From Centroscyllium fabricii (taxonomy: Eukaryota), in assembly GCA_051313645.2 (NCBI GenBank), contig JBNRSN020000020.1, positions 20,088,001 through 20,152,000 of the forward strand: DNA of 64,000 nucleotides, written 5' to 3'. Position 1 is the stretch's first letter. The number at the start of each line of letters is the position of its first letter. Made by a program: the position numbers and the translations under genes. Positions 60,850 to 64,000 of this stretch are shown piece after piece. Under the pieces are notes generated by a model. It was given only the letters and a program-made list of their open reading frames with translations, ran no database searches and was not told the origin of the DNA.

Positions 60850-61865
60850 GACCTGAGCACGTAATTGAAGCTGGCACTTCAGTGCAGCACTGAGGGAGTG
60901 TTGCACTGTCCAAGGTCTTTCAGATGAGAATTTAAATCGAGGTCCGATCTGCCTCGTCAAGTGGACGTTAATGATTTATGGCATACAGGTGCACAACCCC
61001 TTATCCGAATCCCTTAGGACCAGATGTGTTTCGGATTTTGGAATTTTTCGGATTTTGGAATTTTGCTATTTTCAGTGAAATTAAACTCAAAATAACAAAA
61101 AATATCAGAGAGCCTAGCAGACTGGTAGCAGAGCTGAGACACAACTGACGCCTCACACCTGCGTGGGTCAAGCGTCGGCCGCGTCGGGTCAAGTTTGGCG
61201 CAACTCTGGTCATGTCGTGCACACGAGTGACGCTCCATGAAAAAACTTTCGGTTTTCAGAGCTTTTCGATTTTTGGAATTGCGGATAAGGGGTTGTGTAC
61301 CTGAATTTCAAAAAAGAACAAGGAGTTCTCCCAGTGTCCTGGCCAACATTTATTACTGAATTGTCACTGCGAGAAAAAGCTTACCTGGTCATCTCCAGGG
61401 GCCTAGATAGAGTGGATAGCAAGGGCCTATTTTCCCTAGCAGAGAGGTCAATAACCAGGGGGCATAGATTTAAAGTAATTGGTAGAAGGATTATGGGGGA
61501 CTGTTTTCACCCAGAGGGTGGTGGGGGTCTGGAACTCACTGAAAGGGTGGTAGAAGCAGAGACCCTCATCTTAATTAAAAAGTACTTGGATGTGCACTTG
61601 AAGTGCCGTAACCTACAAGGCTACGGACCAAGGACTGCAAATTGCGATTAGGCTGGATAGCTCTTTTTCAGCCGGCACAGATATGATGGGCCGAATGGCC
61701 TCCTTCTGTGCCTTAAATGTCTGATTCTGTGATCTGTCTCCTTGTTGCTTGTGAGATTTTGCTGTGTGCTAATTAGCTGCTGAATTTGCTTAAATAACAA
61801 CAGTGACTACGCGTCAAAAAAAAACCTTGAAACAGTTTTCAGGTATGATAAGGCACAATACCAGT
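60850..61865 (+). mobile_element. Degraded Deu-domain SINE split by a pogo-like MITE and a CR1 fragment (about 61395-61733)
   Basis: SINE blocks resume in order across both insertions. Confidence 0.7.
60986..61303. mobile_element. pogo/Tigger-like MITE, second family
   Basis: TIR caggtgcacaaccccttatccg / cggataaggggttgtgtacctg; TSD ta/aa. Confidence 0.85.
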
Positions 61866-62039
61866 CTTTCTTTTTCTATCTAATACACCAGTTTTAATAT
61901 TACATTCCACTCATTTAAAATTAACTCTTCTGGTCCAATTTGCCTTACTTTGAAGTGAAAGGAGTAAGGATTGCAATGCTGCACCACAACCTTGAAGTGT
62001 CATAGTCAGTGATAAGAACATCTACTCTTCCCAGACATT

Positions 62040-62835
62040 GGGGGGGATTTTCCTGGAGGTGCAGGAAGCTGGCGGGGATTGGTCGGGTCGGGTTTCTGTC
62101 GCCCGCCCAAGGGCCTGGAAACCCGACTCAATATTCCTTGCATTAATCAATTAAATCCCCGCCTGCGGGGAGCCCCTGGTAATTGACTCAATCGAGTCGG
62201 CAATCAGGGAGCTCCAGCGGGCTGCGAGGAGCTTGACAGACAGTTCCAAGGACTGTTTGTTGACTGTTCCCATGGAAACACTCCACTGTGACATCACAGT
62301 GGAGTGCAACCAATCGGAAAGGCCAAGTGCTTTGACAAACAGGTGGCCGGGCGGGCTGCAAATCTTTGACAGCTAGGGACCGTCTGTCAATGGAGCTGGC
62401 ATGGTAAGATTTTTAAGTTTTTTTCCCACAGCTGGTCTTCAAGGGAGTCACTTACACCCCCAGGGTATTGAAGGCCTGGAAAGCATTCTGCTCTAGGTCC
62501 TTCAATACCTTGAAGGAGAAAGTGACCACGGCCACTGTGCTCCCGCTGGGTTTCACCAGCGGGGTTTCAGGATGGCGGGGTTTGGGTGGGAAGGGGTGGA
62601 AAATAGGTGAGGGCCCTTAAAATGGCATTATCCAGACCAATTAAGGGCCTTCATTTACTTTAACGAGCATCGCCGCCAGCGGCGCGTGGGAAAGATTCGG
62701 GACGGCAGGAAACGGCGCCTGAAACTTACAAGCCGGCTTAGATCTGGCGGGGGGGAGGTCGTGACCCCCGGTTCCGCGATTTTAGGCCCCGCCCCACTGG
62801 ATCGCCGCCCTCACAGACCGAGGAAAATCCCCCCC
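62040..62835. mobile_element. PIF/Harbinger-like MITE, orientation B
   Basis: Perfect 15-bp TIR gggggggattttcct / aggaaaatccccccc; TSD att/att. Confidence 0.88.
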
Positions 62836-62894
62836 ATTGGTTCAGGCCATCCACTGCCTGCCACTCTCTCTACCCAGTGAATACTTAAGCCAGC

Positions 62895-63098
62895 TGTGGT
62901 AATATTGAACCGACTTCCGGGGGAAGACTAAGGGGTGAACTCTGTACATGTCACTTCCTGTTTCCTGTTACTATAAATACTGGAACTGCTCAGTATGGGG
63001 AGAAAGCTTCACCTGGAAGCATGGTAAAACCCACCTTTGTACATAGTGATAATGTAGTGGATTAAGTTATTGATGTATCAGACTCCATTATTACATCA
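62895..63098 (+). mobile_element. Putative 5' LTR of a Ty3/Gypsy retrotransposon
   Basis: tgtgg...catca ends like the solo LTR at 16683; tataaata near 62972; lies just upstream of gag. Confidence 0.7.
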
Positions 63099-63181
63099 AT
63101 TTAATCCACTAAAAACTTCGCGCTCAAAATCCTTAAAACTTTTGGACATTACGGAACTGAGGATCCAGGGACCAACCCATC

Positions 63182-64000
63182 ATGGAAAGCCTCCTCAAAC
63201 CGACTCGACTGGATCTGGACCCAAATGCACTAGCAGCTGCCAAGGTATGGAAGCATTGGTTCCATACTTTTGAGAATTTTCTTGAAAAATGTTGTACGGA
63301 TGCCTCTACCAAACTACGATTACTTGTGAATTATGTGTCCCGAAACGTATATGAATATGTTGATAAATGGGATAACTATAATGAGGTAATCCAAGCACTG
63401 AAAGAACTATATACTGAGGCCCCAAACGAGGTCTATGCTAGACATTTACTGTCCACGGCCCAACAAAGGCCAGGGCAATCGATTCAGGAGTTCCTTCAAG
63501 AATTTCGCAGGCTCAGTGTAGATTGTAATTTTAAGGCAGCCTCGGCTGAGGTGTACCGTGAAGAAATGATTCGAGATGCTTTCATCTGCGGGATCGCCTC
63601 TCCATTTATACGCCAGCGTCTGTTAGAGAGAAAAACGCTTGAGCTATCAAAGGCTTTTGACCTGGCTTGTGCTCTGGACTTGGCAAAAAAAAAATTCAGA
63701 CGTCTACAGATCTCGAACTGCTGCTGCAACTGCAATCAGATCATTCAAGGGGCCTCAGGTGGACCCTATCATGGAAGAATCTAGTCCTGATGAGTTCAGT
63801 GATGAGGAGGAGGATGACCCCACTTTAGCAGCCTCTTGGCAATCTAGAAAGAAATGCTTCTTTTATGGAGACTCTTTCCACCCTAGGAAATTCTGCCCTG
63901 TTCGCAATGCAATCTGCAGTCATTGCAGTAAAAAGGGACACTTTGCAAAAGTTTGCCAATCAAGAGCCTCTACGAGGGCCTATCAAGCCAAGGCCTACCG
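63182..64000 (+). mobile_element. Ty3/Gypsy (Mag-like) gag, frameshifted in an A-run near 63690, continuing out of the window
   Basis: WKHW..TFENF, ARHLL....Q.PGQSI.EF, IRDAFICGI.SPFIRQRLLE; after the shift, tandem knuckles CFFYGDSFHPRKFC and CSHCSKKGHFAKVC. Confidence 0.92.

Overview
Vertebrate genomic DNA, almost certainly from a shark or other elasmobranch, judged by HE1/V-SINEs, Deu-domain SacSINE1-like SINEs and HER1/CR1 LINEs. The window lies within one minus-strand, multi-exon gene. I recovered nine GT-AG exons by hand plus one candidate exon. They encode an acidic/Ser-rich linker and most of a C-terminal bMERB (DUF3585) coiled coil, best matching MICAL1. The N-terminal domains and the last exon were not found and probably lie outside the window. 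Most intronic sequence is transposon-derived: CR1, L2, Rex1/Babar, SINEs, Penelope-like hairpins, PIF/Harbinger, hAT and pogo-like MITEs, three solo LTRs and the 5' end of a Gypsy element. There are also several G/C-skewed minisatellites. Most interesting: (1) an ORF1-less APE-RT LINE with a tRNA-derived head and three differently deleted SINE-like derivatives; (2) a Gypsy element with a hairpin where the tRNA primer-binding site should be; (3) a tandemly duplicated acidic exon; (4) a 24-bp array with a duplicated embedded SINE; (5) a 29-nt templated insertion; (6) an antisense exon-like block and a possible internal promoter for a bMERB-only isoform. All calls were made by eye, and repeat boundaries are approximate unless TIR/TSD are quoted.
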